In this document: positions 9,571 through 16,377 of the stretch, one piece after another
Position numbering within the stretch: position 1 is the stretch's first letter
Layout of the letters: every line of letters starts with the position of its first letter
DNA from: an uncultured Clostridia bacterium
GTDB lineage: Bacteria; Bacillota; Clostridia; Christensenellales; Aristaeellaceae
Length of the DNA stretch: 32,000 bases
Direction: 5' to 3'
NCBI GenBank assembly: GCA_937886445.1
Contig: CALGBY010000036.1
Coordinates: 6 to 32,005, forward strand
The notes under the pieces: model-generated
What the model was told of the DNA's origin: nothing
What the model saw: the letters and a program-made list of their open reading frames with translations, nothing else
Database searches by the model: none
Made by a program: the position numbers and the translations under genes

Positions 9571-10182
9571 TTACGCCTGTTCAGCCTTGAAATAACCGTC
9601 TTTTCGAAGCCATGCTAAGAAAGTGGTGTGAGCTACGCCTAATTGTTTTCCGGCTTGCCTTGCTGACATCTTGCCATCAACCCACTGTGTTGCGCAATAT
9701 GAATAATCATCAGGGCGAACAGAAGGCAACCTTCCGAAACGCACTCCTCTTGCTTTGGCTGCCGCGATTCCTTCCGCTTGACGTTGCTTGATGAAATCTC
9801 GTTCTGTCTGAGCGACGTAGCTCAGAAGTTGCAATACAATATCGGCAATCAGAGTGCCGATGAGATCGCGATTCTTGCGCGTATCCAATAGTGGCATATC
9901 AAGCACCAGGATATCGATTTCTTTTTCCTTGGTCAGAATGCGCCATTGTTCAAGGATTTCGTTGTAGTTACGTCCTAACCGGTCAATGCTTTTGACGATC
10001 AGCAGATCGCCTTTCTTCAGCTTGTTTACCATCCGCAGATATTCCGGCCTGTCAAAATCTTTGCCGGACTGCTTATCCAGAAAAATGTTCCGATCTTCAA
10101 CACCGTATGCGTGAAGCGCTATCATCTGTCGTTCCTCGTTCTGGTCCTTACTCGAAACACGTACATACCCGTAAATTTTCAT
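9571..10182 (-). CDS. Small serine recombinase (resolvase/invertase family) with C-terminal HTH
   Basis: Start ATG 10182 (MKIYGYVRVSSKDQNEERQ, catalytic Ser motif) with GGAGGA 5 nt upstream. Other motifs: SIDRLGRN, KQRQAEGIAAAKARG, and the HTH segment SARQAGKQLGVAHTTFLAWLRK. Confidence 0.9.
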   Translation of the reverse strand: MKIYGYVRVSSKDQNEERQMIALHAYGVEDRNIFLDKQSGKDFDRPEYLRMVNKLKKGDLLIVKSIDRLGRNYNEILEQWRILTKEKEIDILVLDMPLLDTRKNRDLIGTLIADIVLQLLSYVAQTERDFIKQRQAEGIAAAKARGVRFGRLPSVRPDDYSYCATQWVDGKMSARQAGKQLGVAHTTFLAWLRKDGYFKAEQA

Positions 10183-10232
10183 TTGTTCCTCCAAGTTTGT
10201 TATAGTTGTTTTGCTCATTTCTGATCAGAGCT

Positions 10233-11690
10233 TTATCTGAATTCGCTATGTTCAGATTTGCCTTTGTCCATCGCTTTATCGCGGATAAATTCTCGCTTGA
10301 TCAATTCCAGAGCATGGATTTTGTTCTTGAACTGTTTCATTGCGTATTCCTTGAGAAACTTGTCCTTGTAGCAATAACTCAAGGCTTCCTTCCATTTCTT
10401 CACATCGACCACTTCACCGTCTGCTTTACACTGATTCAAGAACCGTTCCGCTGCTTCATAGTTCATGAGCTCCATCCGGTGAGTTTCGTAGAATGCATCT
10501 TTTTTCTTATCCGGAAGGGACACCCATTTTTTATGGACACCCTTGCATTTCTTCAGATCATCGGCCATCTGAAGACGCTCATTGATTAAACCGATTATCC
10601 GATCATCCTCTGCAACTTTGCTGCGCAGATCGTAATATTCGCCGTTGATTTTTTTGACAGCATCGGCATAGGATGCAGCATCGTGAATGTCATAATCTTT
10701 CATAAGGTTTTGTACTCCAACAGCATCCTTCAGGCGATTGTCCTTCTGATTGTCCGGTTTATGTGCATCCAGAAGACGCATGACAAACCGATACGCGAGA
10801 TCGGGATCCGGTTCAGACATTCCGTGTTCAGCAGCGTATTCACAGGCTTTCCTTTCGGCCATAGCCCAGGCATTCAGTTTGGTCAGCCTGGCTTGATACT
10901 GTTTATTCATCCGGTTCCATTCACGGATTTCTCGGTTGTAACTGCCAAGCTCTGTTACGATTCCGCGCTTTTCCATTTCGCGGACAGCGGGACCTTCGTG
11001 AACCATGGGGATCTGTTTCTTTCCCTGACGGGCATAGCTGCGATGATCCACAAAACCGGTAGTGAATCCGTTTTCGCGTAATGCCGCATTGATAAAATCA
11101 GCGGCTGCTGCGCGCCATTTTTCGACGTTGTTTCGGTTATCCCAGTCCGTGGTGTTCTCTTTATGAGATTTCCAGTTCCCGCTGGGAAGCCTGATTCGCT
11201 CACCGTTTTCATCCAGTTCATAGACCATTTTACTTTTGTCTCCCCAAAGTCCATCTTCAGTCAGGGGACGCATGGTCAGCATGATATGAGCATGAGGGTT
11301 TCCATCATTCTTATCGTGAATGGAGAAGTCTGCGCACATACCGTCATCCACAAAGGTTTTCTGAACAAACCGCTGAACCAACTTGATCTGTTCTTCGCGG
11401 GAAAGTTCAGCAGGCAAGGCCAGTTCCATTTCTCTTGCCAGCTGATTGTTTCGTTTCGGCTCGTTCCACTCGACACTGTTCCACAACGTAGCGCGGTTAT
11501 AGAACTCGCGTGGTGCCTGAGGTGGCAGCATGATCTCCGAATAGATGATATGCTGCTTTCTGGTGTAATCGTGTATTCTGCCGTCCCACGTGCATTCCAG
11601 CCGGGTACCGCTTCGGTAAGCGGCAGCAGCTACTGCGGAACGGCCTTTCTGACGGGATATGATTTGTACCGGAGCATGAAAAAATTCCAA
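10233..11690 (-). CDS. MobA/MobL-family (MOBQ-type) relaxase
   Basis: Motifs QIISRQKGRSAVAAAAYRSG (catalytic Tyr region), ELALPAELS, and HDKNDGNPHAHIMLTMRPL (His triad). Start proposed at TTG 11690 (MEFFHAPVQIISR...), 7 nt after AAGG. The long track ORF up to 11840 has no SD and would run through the divergent dinJ promoter. Confidence 0.9.
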   Translation of the reverse strand: MEFFHAPVQIISRQKGRSAVAAAAYRSGTRLECTWDGRIHDYTRKQHIIYSEIMLPPQAPREFYNRATLWNSVEWNEPKRNNQLAREMELALPAELSREEQIKLVQRFVQKTFVDDGMCADFSIHDKNDGNPHAHIMLTMRPLTEDGLWGDKSKMVYELDENGERIRLPSGNWKSHKENTTDWDNRNNVEKWRAAAADFINAALRENGFTTGFVDHRSYARQGKKQIPMVHEGPAVREMEKRGIVTELGSYNREIREWNRMNKQYQARLTKLNAWAMAERKACEYAAEHGMSEPDPDLAYRFVMRLLDAHKPDNQKDNRLKDAVGVQNLMKDYDIHDAASYADAVKKINGEYYDLRSKVAEDDRIIGLINERLQMADDLKKCKGVHKKWVSLPDKKKDAFYETHRMELMNYEAAERFLNQCKADGEVVDVKKWKEALSYCYKDKFLKEYAMKQFKNKIHALELIKREFIRDKAMDKGKSEHSEFR

Positions 11691-11720
11691 ATTCAAACCT
11701 TCTTTCTGATGAATGTCATA

Positions 11721-11775
11721 TTGATTTTCATGTGCAATAATGGTATAATGCACATGTAGTTGATTGCATTGCAAT
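11721..11775 (+). promoter_or_regulatory. Putative sigma-A promoter and operators of dinJ-yafQ
   Basis: TTGATT (11721-11726), 17-nt spacer, TATAAT (11744-11749). An 8-bp perfect inverted repeat CATGTGCA/TGCACATG (11729-11736 / 11749-11756) brackets the -10. The palindrome ATTGCAtTGCAAT (11763-11775) lies between the -10 and the SD GGAGGTG. Confidence 0.55.
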
Positions 11776-11793
11776 TTGTTTGGAGGTGATTTC

Positions 11794-12069
11794 ATGAGCG
11801 AAACTACGAATTTTACCTGCCGCATGGATACGAAGATCAAAAATCAATGCGAGGAAATGTATGCCGAACTGGGGGTAAATCTCTCTACCGCCGTGAATGT
11901 TTTCATGCGTGAATCACTTCGTGTCGGAGGATTTCCATTCGATGTACGCCTGAAGCAGCCGAATAAGACGACGATTGCAGCTATGCTGGAAGCGGAAAAA
12001 GCTGCAACTGACCCCGCTTATAAGCGCTATGATGATGTGGAACAATTGCTGAAGGAGCTTAAAGAATGA
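11794..12069 (+). CDS. dinJ: RelB/DinJ-family antitoxin
   Basis: ATG 11794 lies 6 nt after GGAGGTG. FTCRMDTKIKNQCEEMYAELGVNLSTAVNVFMRESLRVGGFPFDV resembles the E. coli DinJ N-terminal ribbon-helix-helix region. The gene overlaps the toxin gene by 4 nt (ATGA). Confidence 0.85.
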   Translation: MSETTNFTCRMDTKIKNQCEEMYAELGVNLSTAVNVFMRESLRVGGFPFDVRLKQPNKTTIAAMLEAEKAATDPAYKRYDDVEQLLKELKE

Positions 12070-12347
12070 AGCGGCAGATTGTTGTTACCAATCAATTCCG
12101 CAAAGACTATAAGCAGGCGATGAAACGCGGCTTGAAGATTGACTTGCTCGATGACGTGATCCGACTGCTTTCCGAAGGGAAAGCATTACCGGAGAAGAAT
12201 CATGATCATCCGCTAACCGGTAATTGGGTCGGGCATCGTGAATGCCATATTCAACCAGATTGGCTGCTGATCTATCGGATTGAAAACGAAATTCTGATAT
12301 TGACCCTGTCAAGAACAGGAACCCACGCTGACTTGTTTGGCAAATGA
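12066..12347 (+). CDS. yafQ: YafQ-family mRNA interferase toxin
   Basis: DHPLTGNWVGHRECHIQPDWLLIYRIENEILILTLSRTGTHADLFGK closely parallels the E. coli YafQ C-terminus (DHPLQGSWKGYRDAHVEPDWILIY...RTGTHAALFG). Confidence 0.9.
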   Translation: MKRQIVVTNQFRKDYKQAMKRGLKIDLLDDVIRLLSEGKALPEKNHDHPLTGNWVGHRECHIQPDWLLIYRIENEILILTLSRTGTHADLFGK

Positions 12348-12368
12348 CCGGCTTAGTGCCGGTTTTTT
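12348..12368 (+). terminator. Rho-independent terminator of dinJ-yafQ
   Basis: CCGGC-ttagt-GCCGG followed by TTTTTT, starting immediately after the yafQ TGA. Confidence 0.7.
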
Positions 12369-12381
12369 CGTATCTTGGAGT

Positions 12382-12464
12382 ATGGGGCTTGCCCCATCGC
12401 GGCGAAGCCGCAACAAGCACCGCAGGTCGCACAGACATACGAACGTATGTATAAGTGCGCATTT
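12382..12464 (+). other. Candidate MOBQ-type oriT (hairpin cluster plus nic-region core)
   Basis: Three hairpins: ATGGGGC-tt-GCCCCAT (12382-12397), GCGGC-gaa-GCCGC (12399-12411) and ACATACG-aa-CGTATGT (12435-12450). One nt later comes TAAGTGCGC (12452-12460). That 9-mer matches the conserved nic core TAAGTGCGCCCT that follows an inverted repeat in RSF1010/R1162 and pIP501/pGO1-type oriTs. Confidence 0.65.
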
Positions 12465-12497
12465 CTGAAGAAATGATGGAAGTACTCCACCACGTAT

Positions 12498-12531
12498 AAA
12501 AAAAGGGACGCCCCGTTTTTCGGGACGTCCC
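12498..12531 (-). terminator. Rho-independent terminator downstream of the DUF3847 gene
   Basis: GGGACGCCCCG-ttttt-CGGGACGTCCC (12505-12531, one mismatch), with an A7 run at 12498-12504 that forms the U-tract on the minus strand. Confidence 0.7.
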
Positions 12532-12543
12532 GTATGTCCAGAC

Positions 12544-12804
12544 TCAAATGTCAAGCCGGTTGCAGAGGTCAAAGGTAAATTCATAAAACTGCTCCTGATC
12601 CATGTCAGCGGTTTGCGGGAAGAACTTCTCGAAGATCGCGCAATGCTGAATCAACCGCTGATTGCGTTTCTTCCGTTCTTTCACTTTATTCCGGTTTTCT
12701 TCAAGGATCTGCCGGTGCTGTTGCTGCAGCTTGGCGAGTTCGTCTTCATCGGTCGGCATATTTGCCATGAATTTCTGTAGTGCCTGGGTATCTGCTTTCA
12801 TCAT
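12544..12804 (-). CDS. DUF3847-like coiled-coil protein (relaxase-associated family)
   Basis: 86 aa. The segment LAKLQQQHRQILEENRNKVKERKKRNQRLIQHCAIFEKFFP is a coiled coil followed by the basic RKxRxxRLI motif typical of DUF3847 proteins, which are usually found next to MobA/MobL genes. Confidence 0.75.
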   Translation of the reverse strand: MMKADTQALQKFMANMPTDEDELAKLQQQHRQILEENRNKVKERKKRNQRLIQHCAIFEKFFPQTADMDQEQFYEFTFDLCNRLDI

Positions 12805-12832
12805 TTATCATTTTTTCCTTCTGAATGCAGGC

Positions 12833-12923
12833 TGACAGCAGATTGCAGTCAATTTGCTGTCAACCGTTGAAATTTTGGTTAAAAAAGTGTTCTGTTTTCT
12901 GCTTTGACAGCAGACTGCAGTCA
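12833..12923. promoter_or_regulatory. Two copies of a 19-bp near-palindromic site (candidate ParR centromere or operator)
   Basis: TGACAGCAGATTGCAGTCA (12833-12851) and TGACAGCAGACTGCAGTCA (12905-12923) match at 18/19 positions and lie 72 bp apart. Each copy is about 16/19 self-complementary. An extra half-site TGCTGTCA lies at 12855-12862. Confidence 0.5.
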
Positions 12924-12944
12924 GAATGCCATCAGCGTGAAGCA

Positions 12945-13310
12945 TCAGCCGATAAAGCTCCAGTCCACCCGACTGTTAATGAAATCCGGAGGCGGATCAT
13001 CCACAACAGGGGCAACTGTCAGCGGTTCAGACAATGGACCGGTTTTACTCTCTTGTGCAGGCTCCGCCGGTACAGTTTGTTTCAGCAATTCCGCAACCTG
13101 AAACGAAAGCTGCTGAAGCATCTGCGCGTCTGCCTGCCCGGCAGATGGGAAATGCTCTGTATCAGCAGTGTTCAGAGCCATGATGATCACCTGATTGAAG
13201 TTCAGATGGTAACGTCTGGACAATGCCTTCAGTTTTTCCCAGGCGTTTCGATCCGCTTCATAATTCATGTAAAACCGGGCTGAGACGGTTTTGATGTCTT
13301 TCGTACTCAT
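12945..13310 (-). CDS. Putative ParR-like partition adaptor (ribbon-helix-helix-like N-terminus)
   Basis: ATG 13310 overlaps the parM stop (ATGA, 13307-13310), which implies translational coupling. The N-terminus is MSTKDIKTVSARFYMNYEADRNAWEKLKAL. Assignment rests on position after parM and on size, not on a recognised motif. Confidence 0.55.
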   Translation of the reverse strand: MSTKDIKTVSARFYMNYEADRNAWEKLKALSRRYHLNFNQVIIMALNTADTEHFPSAGQADAQMLQQLSFQVAELLKQTVPAEPAQESKTGPLSEPLTVAPVVDDPPPDFINSRVDWSFIG

Positions 13311-14248
13311 CGCACCGTCTGCTGCAGGTTCCACAGACGCCCCTGCGCAAGATACTCATATCCGCGGGCATTGACGCGGAGATCATCCAGAATCGTGACA
13401 CGATCCGGATCATACTTTCCGAAGTTTTTGACAAGAACACCACCGCCGCCGGTAATGACAAGCCGCATCATTCGGGGATCATATCCATGCTCCTGAAGGG
13501 AATCAAAGATGCGGGTCACATACTGTTCGGCTGTTTGACAAACACAGTGCGTGTATTCTTCTGCGAGTGTGCCCGGTTGTTTCAACAGAATCGGCTGGAT
13601 CTCATTTTCCGTCGCGTTCATCGTAAACCGATCCATCAGAGCTTTCTTCGCTTTCGAGACACACTGCTTTACACCCAGTTCTTCGGTATAGCATCGTAAT
13701 TCATCAGGTTTGCAGTCCTGCAGATACATGGTATTCATGGTGCCGTTGCCGATATCAGCCAGTACGACAGTGCCCGCGTAATCCGAAGGATTCTGATCGA
13801 TCAGAGGCACGATCGCGGCATAGCCCTGCGGAAAAACGTTGCAGCCGACAAGATGAATCTCGTACTGCTTATCATTGTACTGATAGGAAAGATCTTTCTT
13901 CCGCATCATGTACTGATAATGCTCTTCCTTCTGAATCCTGAACCATGTCAGAGGAAGACCAATGGCCAGATGCACGTCTGCTTTTGTGAGGCCAAACGCA
14001 TCCAGTTCTTCTGCCATAGCGGCGAGCGTGAGCAGATAGAAGTCATCGTCCACATTCTTATTGGGACGGTAAGCTTTGTGCCCGGTTCCGATGCCGTACC
14101 ACTTGCCGTCCATTTTCAAAATCCTGCCGGCGAATGTCGGTTCCCGGTCATAAGGGGTAATGCCCGTGGGAATAATGCTGTTTGCCGTTTTGATGTTGCC
14201 GTAACCGGTATCCACGCCGATAATACGGATTCCTTCGTAAGTTTTCAT
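13307..14248 (-). CDS. parM: ParM/StbA-family actin-like segregation ATPase
   Basis: IRIIGVDTGYGNIKTA (phosphate-1 motif), VVLADIGNGTMN (phosphate-2) and LVITGGGG (adenosine motif) occur in the order expected for the actin/ParM fold. Length 313 aa. Confidence 0.88.
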   Translation of the reverse strand: MKTYEGIRIIGVDTGYGNIKTANSIIPTGITPYDREPTFAGRILKMDGKWYGIGTGHKAYRPNKNVDDDFYLLTLAAMAEELDAFGLTKADVHLAIGLPLTWFRIQKEEHYQYMMRKKDLSYQYNDKQYEIHLVGCNVFPQGYAAIVPLIDQNPSDYAGTVVLADIGNGTMNTMYLQDCKPDELRCYTEELGVKQCVSKAKKALMDRFTMNATENEIQPILLKQPGTLAEEYTHCVCQTAEQYVTRIFDSLQEHGYDPRMMRLVITGGGGVLVKNFGKYDPDRVTILDDLRVNARGYEYLAQGRLWNLQQTVR

Positions 14249-14313
14249 AGTTCCTCTCTTTCTGCCTTCGTAACCTCCGGGGCGGGGATCGTTTTGTGTG
14301 TTGTTTCGTTGTG

Positions 14314-14499
14314 TCAGGCGGCGGTTTTGCCGTCATTGTCCGGATCCTGCTGCTGCATGTCGTTCACAATTTCATTGCGGATCAGATCAAGCAGACGATC
14401 TTCAAAGGTGACTTCGGTGTCGGGACTGCAAAAAACATTGACATCGAAATTCGTGTTTCCTGCCCGGCAGGAAAATGTGTAGTTCGGATTGTTGGGCAT
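14314..14499 (-). CDS. tnpW: TnpW-like small transposon protein
   Basis: ATG 14499 with AAAGGAGA upstream. The segment YTFSCRAGNTNFDVNVFCSPDTEVTFEDRLLDLIRNE follows the pattern I recall for TnpW-family proteins encoded beside clostridial large serine recombinases (R.G.T.Y.V.V.FS....ET.EDKILRLI..E). The longer track ORF to 14595 has no SD. Confidence 0.6.
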   Translation of the reverse strand: MPNNPNYTFSCRAGNTNFDVNVFCSPDTEVTFEDRLLDLIRNEIVNDMQQQDPDNDGKTAA

Positions 14500-14628
14500 T
14501 TTTCTCCTTTCCGGCATAAGCCTGATGAGCGATACAGGTGAGCATCTGTATCGGAAATAGGTATAACAAAAGGCGGTACCGTATCGTCCGTGCATGACAG
14601 GTATCGCCTGATGTGATCTGTAAAATGA

Positions 14629-16377
14629 TTATGCAGTTTGTTCTTTCAGCTTGCGCTTTTCAGCCCGTTTGTTTCTCTCGTAGATCCTGCGATGCTTCAA
14701 TTGGTCCTGACGTTTCTGCTCCTCCGGCGTAAGCACGACCGGCTCCGTCGGTACCGGAAATTGACCAATGAAACTGAGATAGATATCGATCCTACGGGAA
14801 CGTTCACCATCAGTGTCCTTCTCTATTTCGTAGACAACGATCTTCTCAACAAACTGACGAAGAACATGATCCGGAAGTTCGTCATCATTCTGATACTTCT
14901 TTGCGAGATCAAGAAAGCGCTGCGCGTTTTTCTCTTCATTCATCGCATCTGCCAGTTCTTTTTCAGCCAGCATCAGAAATTCCTTTTGCGTTGAAAGCTC
15001 TTTTTCCCATTGGGCAGACAGTTCTTCATACATACGCCCGGAGGTCTGGCCCAGCGCGTAATCCTCGTACAGCTTCTTCAGCATCCGGTTCAGTTCATCG
15101 ATCCTGCGTTTCCGGTTAGCGATCTCCTTTTTCAGTGGCACAACTTCTTCCGGTTTTACCTTCGATGCTTCCCAGATTCGTTGGATAAATTCAGCTTCAT
15201 TCGCAATCGCGTATTGGCTGACAGAACGGATCGTTTTCTGAAGCAGCAGACGCAGCTGCTTGATACTGAACCAATTCTTGATACATAGCGCGGGAGTGCT
15301 TTTGTTCGTCTGGCAAGTAAAGAACTCATAATGACAGACTTTCCCGGACGGCATCAGACAGTCATGCTGGATTTCATACATAGGTGCTCCGCATTTTCCG
15401 CAAAAAACGATACCTTTGAACGGGCTGCGTTCATGTAATGTGTGTGCTGTATCTTTTCGGCTTTCGAGCATTTCCTGTGCCTTGTCCCATAGTTCCTGAG
15501 TGACAATAGGATCGTGGGTATCCTTGAAAATCAGCCATTGATCCTCCGGATTTTTCGTGCGCTTGGTCTTATAGGTTTTCTTTGCTGTTTTCGCGTTGAC
15601 GGTCTCACCAAGGTACTCACGGGCTTGAAGAATACCTTCAACAGAAGAACGACTCCAGTCAAAAGGTCCGGCTTTAGCATTTGCCAAATGGGTCCTTGCA
15701 GCGTTTATTCCTTTCTGAAGGTAATAGTTGCAAGGCGTAAGACGCTTTTCATCACACAGAATCCTGGCGATATGATTCGGATTATTTCCTTCAGCAGCCA
15801 GCTCAAAAATATGTCGTACAGTCGCGGCAGCTTCCGGGTCAATGATCCACTTGTCTTTATCAGACGGATCCTTTAAATATCCAAAGATAGGCGTTGAGAT
15901 CAGCGGCTTTCCCGACATTGCTTTGGCACGGAAGCCCATCGAGACTTTACGCGACAGATCATGAAGATAGAGCTCGTTGAAGATATTCACGAATGGAGCA
16001 AATTCATTGCTGTCACTGAGCATATTGTCTACCCGGCTGTCTATCGCTATGAAATGAACATTCAGTTCACTGAAATACACTTCGGAATAATACCCGGCTT
16101 TCAGATGATCACGCCCCAGACGGCTCATATCTTTGACGATCACGGCACCAATCTTGCCGGCATCAACATCCGCGATCAGTTGATTCCAGGCGGGACGGTC
16201 AAAGGTTCCTCCACTCCATCCGTCATCAGTATAGTCCACACAGTTTGTAAAACCGTGCCGGTCAGCATATTCTCTGAGATATTCCTTCTGATGCTCGATG
16301 GAAACAGAATCCCCATAGTTTTCATCGTCGCGGGACAGGCGCTCATACAGCGCGGTCAATTTGTTCTGATTCGTCAT
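14629..16377 (-). CDS. Large serine recombinase (TnpX/TndX-like), copy 2
   Basis: LTALYERLSRDD (catalytic Ser), DMSRLGRD, a recombinase domain, a Cys-rich zinc ribbon (CGKCGAPM...C..FFTC), a coiled coil, and a DUF4368-like C-terminus (FVEKIVVYE...IDIYLSFIG). Confidence 0.95.
   Translation of the reverse strand: MTNQNKLTALYERLSRDDENYGDSVSIEHQKEYLREYADRHGFTNCVDYTDDGWSGGTFDRPAWNQLIADVDAGKIGAVIVKDMSRLGRDHLKAGYYSEVYFSELNVHFIAIDSRVDNMLSDSNEFAPFVNIFNELYLHDLSRKVSMGFRAKAMSGKPLISTPIFGYLKDPSDKDKWIIDPEAAATVRHIFELAAEGNNPNHIARILCDEKRLTPCNYYLQKGINAARTHLANAKAGPFDWSRSSVEGILQAREYLGETVNAKTAKKTYKTKRTKNPEDQWLIFKDTHDPIVTQELWDKAQEMLESRKDTAHTLHERSPFKGIVFCGKCGAPMYEIQHDCLMPSGKVCHYEFFTCQTNKSTPALCIKNWFSIKQLRLLLQKTIRSVSQYAIANEAEFIQRIWEASKVKPEEVVPLKKEIANRKRRIDELNRMLKKLYEDYALGQTSGRMYEELSAQWEKELSTQKEFLMLAEKELADAMNEEKNAQRFLDLAKKYQNDDELPDHVLRQFVEKIVVYEIEKDTDGERSRRIDIYLSFIGQFPVPTEPVVLTPEEQKRQDQLKHRRIYERNKRAEKRKLKEQTA

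Noticed and set aside
10206-11759. Plus-strand ORFs (127, 132, 198 aa) opposite the MobA/MobL gene, and the short minus-strand alternative-frame ORFs within it.
   Set aside because: They are shadows of a gene with clear relaxase motifs, and they have no ribosome-binding sites.
12085-12584. Three overlapping minus-strand ORFs (125, 91, 64 aa) across yafQ, the oriT hairpins and both terminators.
   Set aside because: Their translations are Arg/Cys/Pro-rich with no start context. The region is better explained by yafQ on the plus strand plus structured non-coding DNA.
13853-14482. 209-aa plus-strand ORF opposite parM and the tnpW-like gene.
   Set aside because: It is the antisense shadow of ParM, which has the actin-fold motifs in the correct order.
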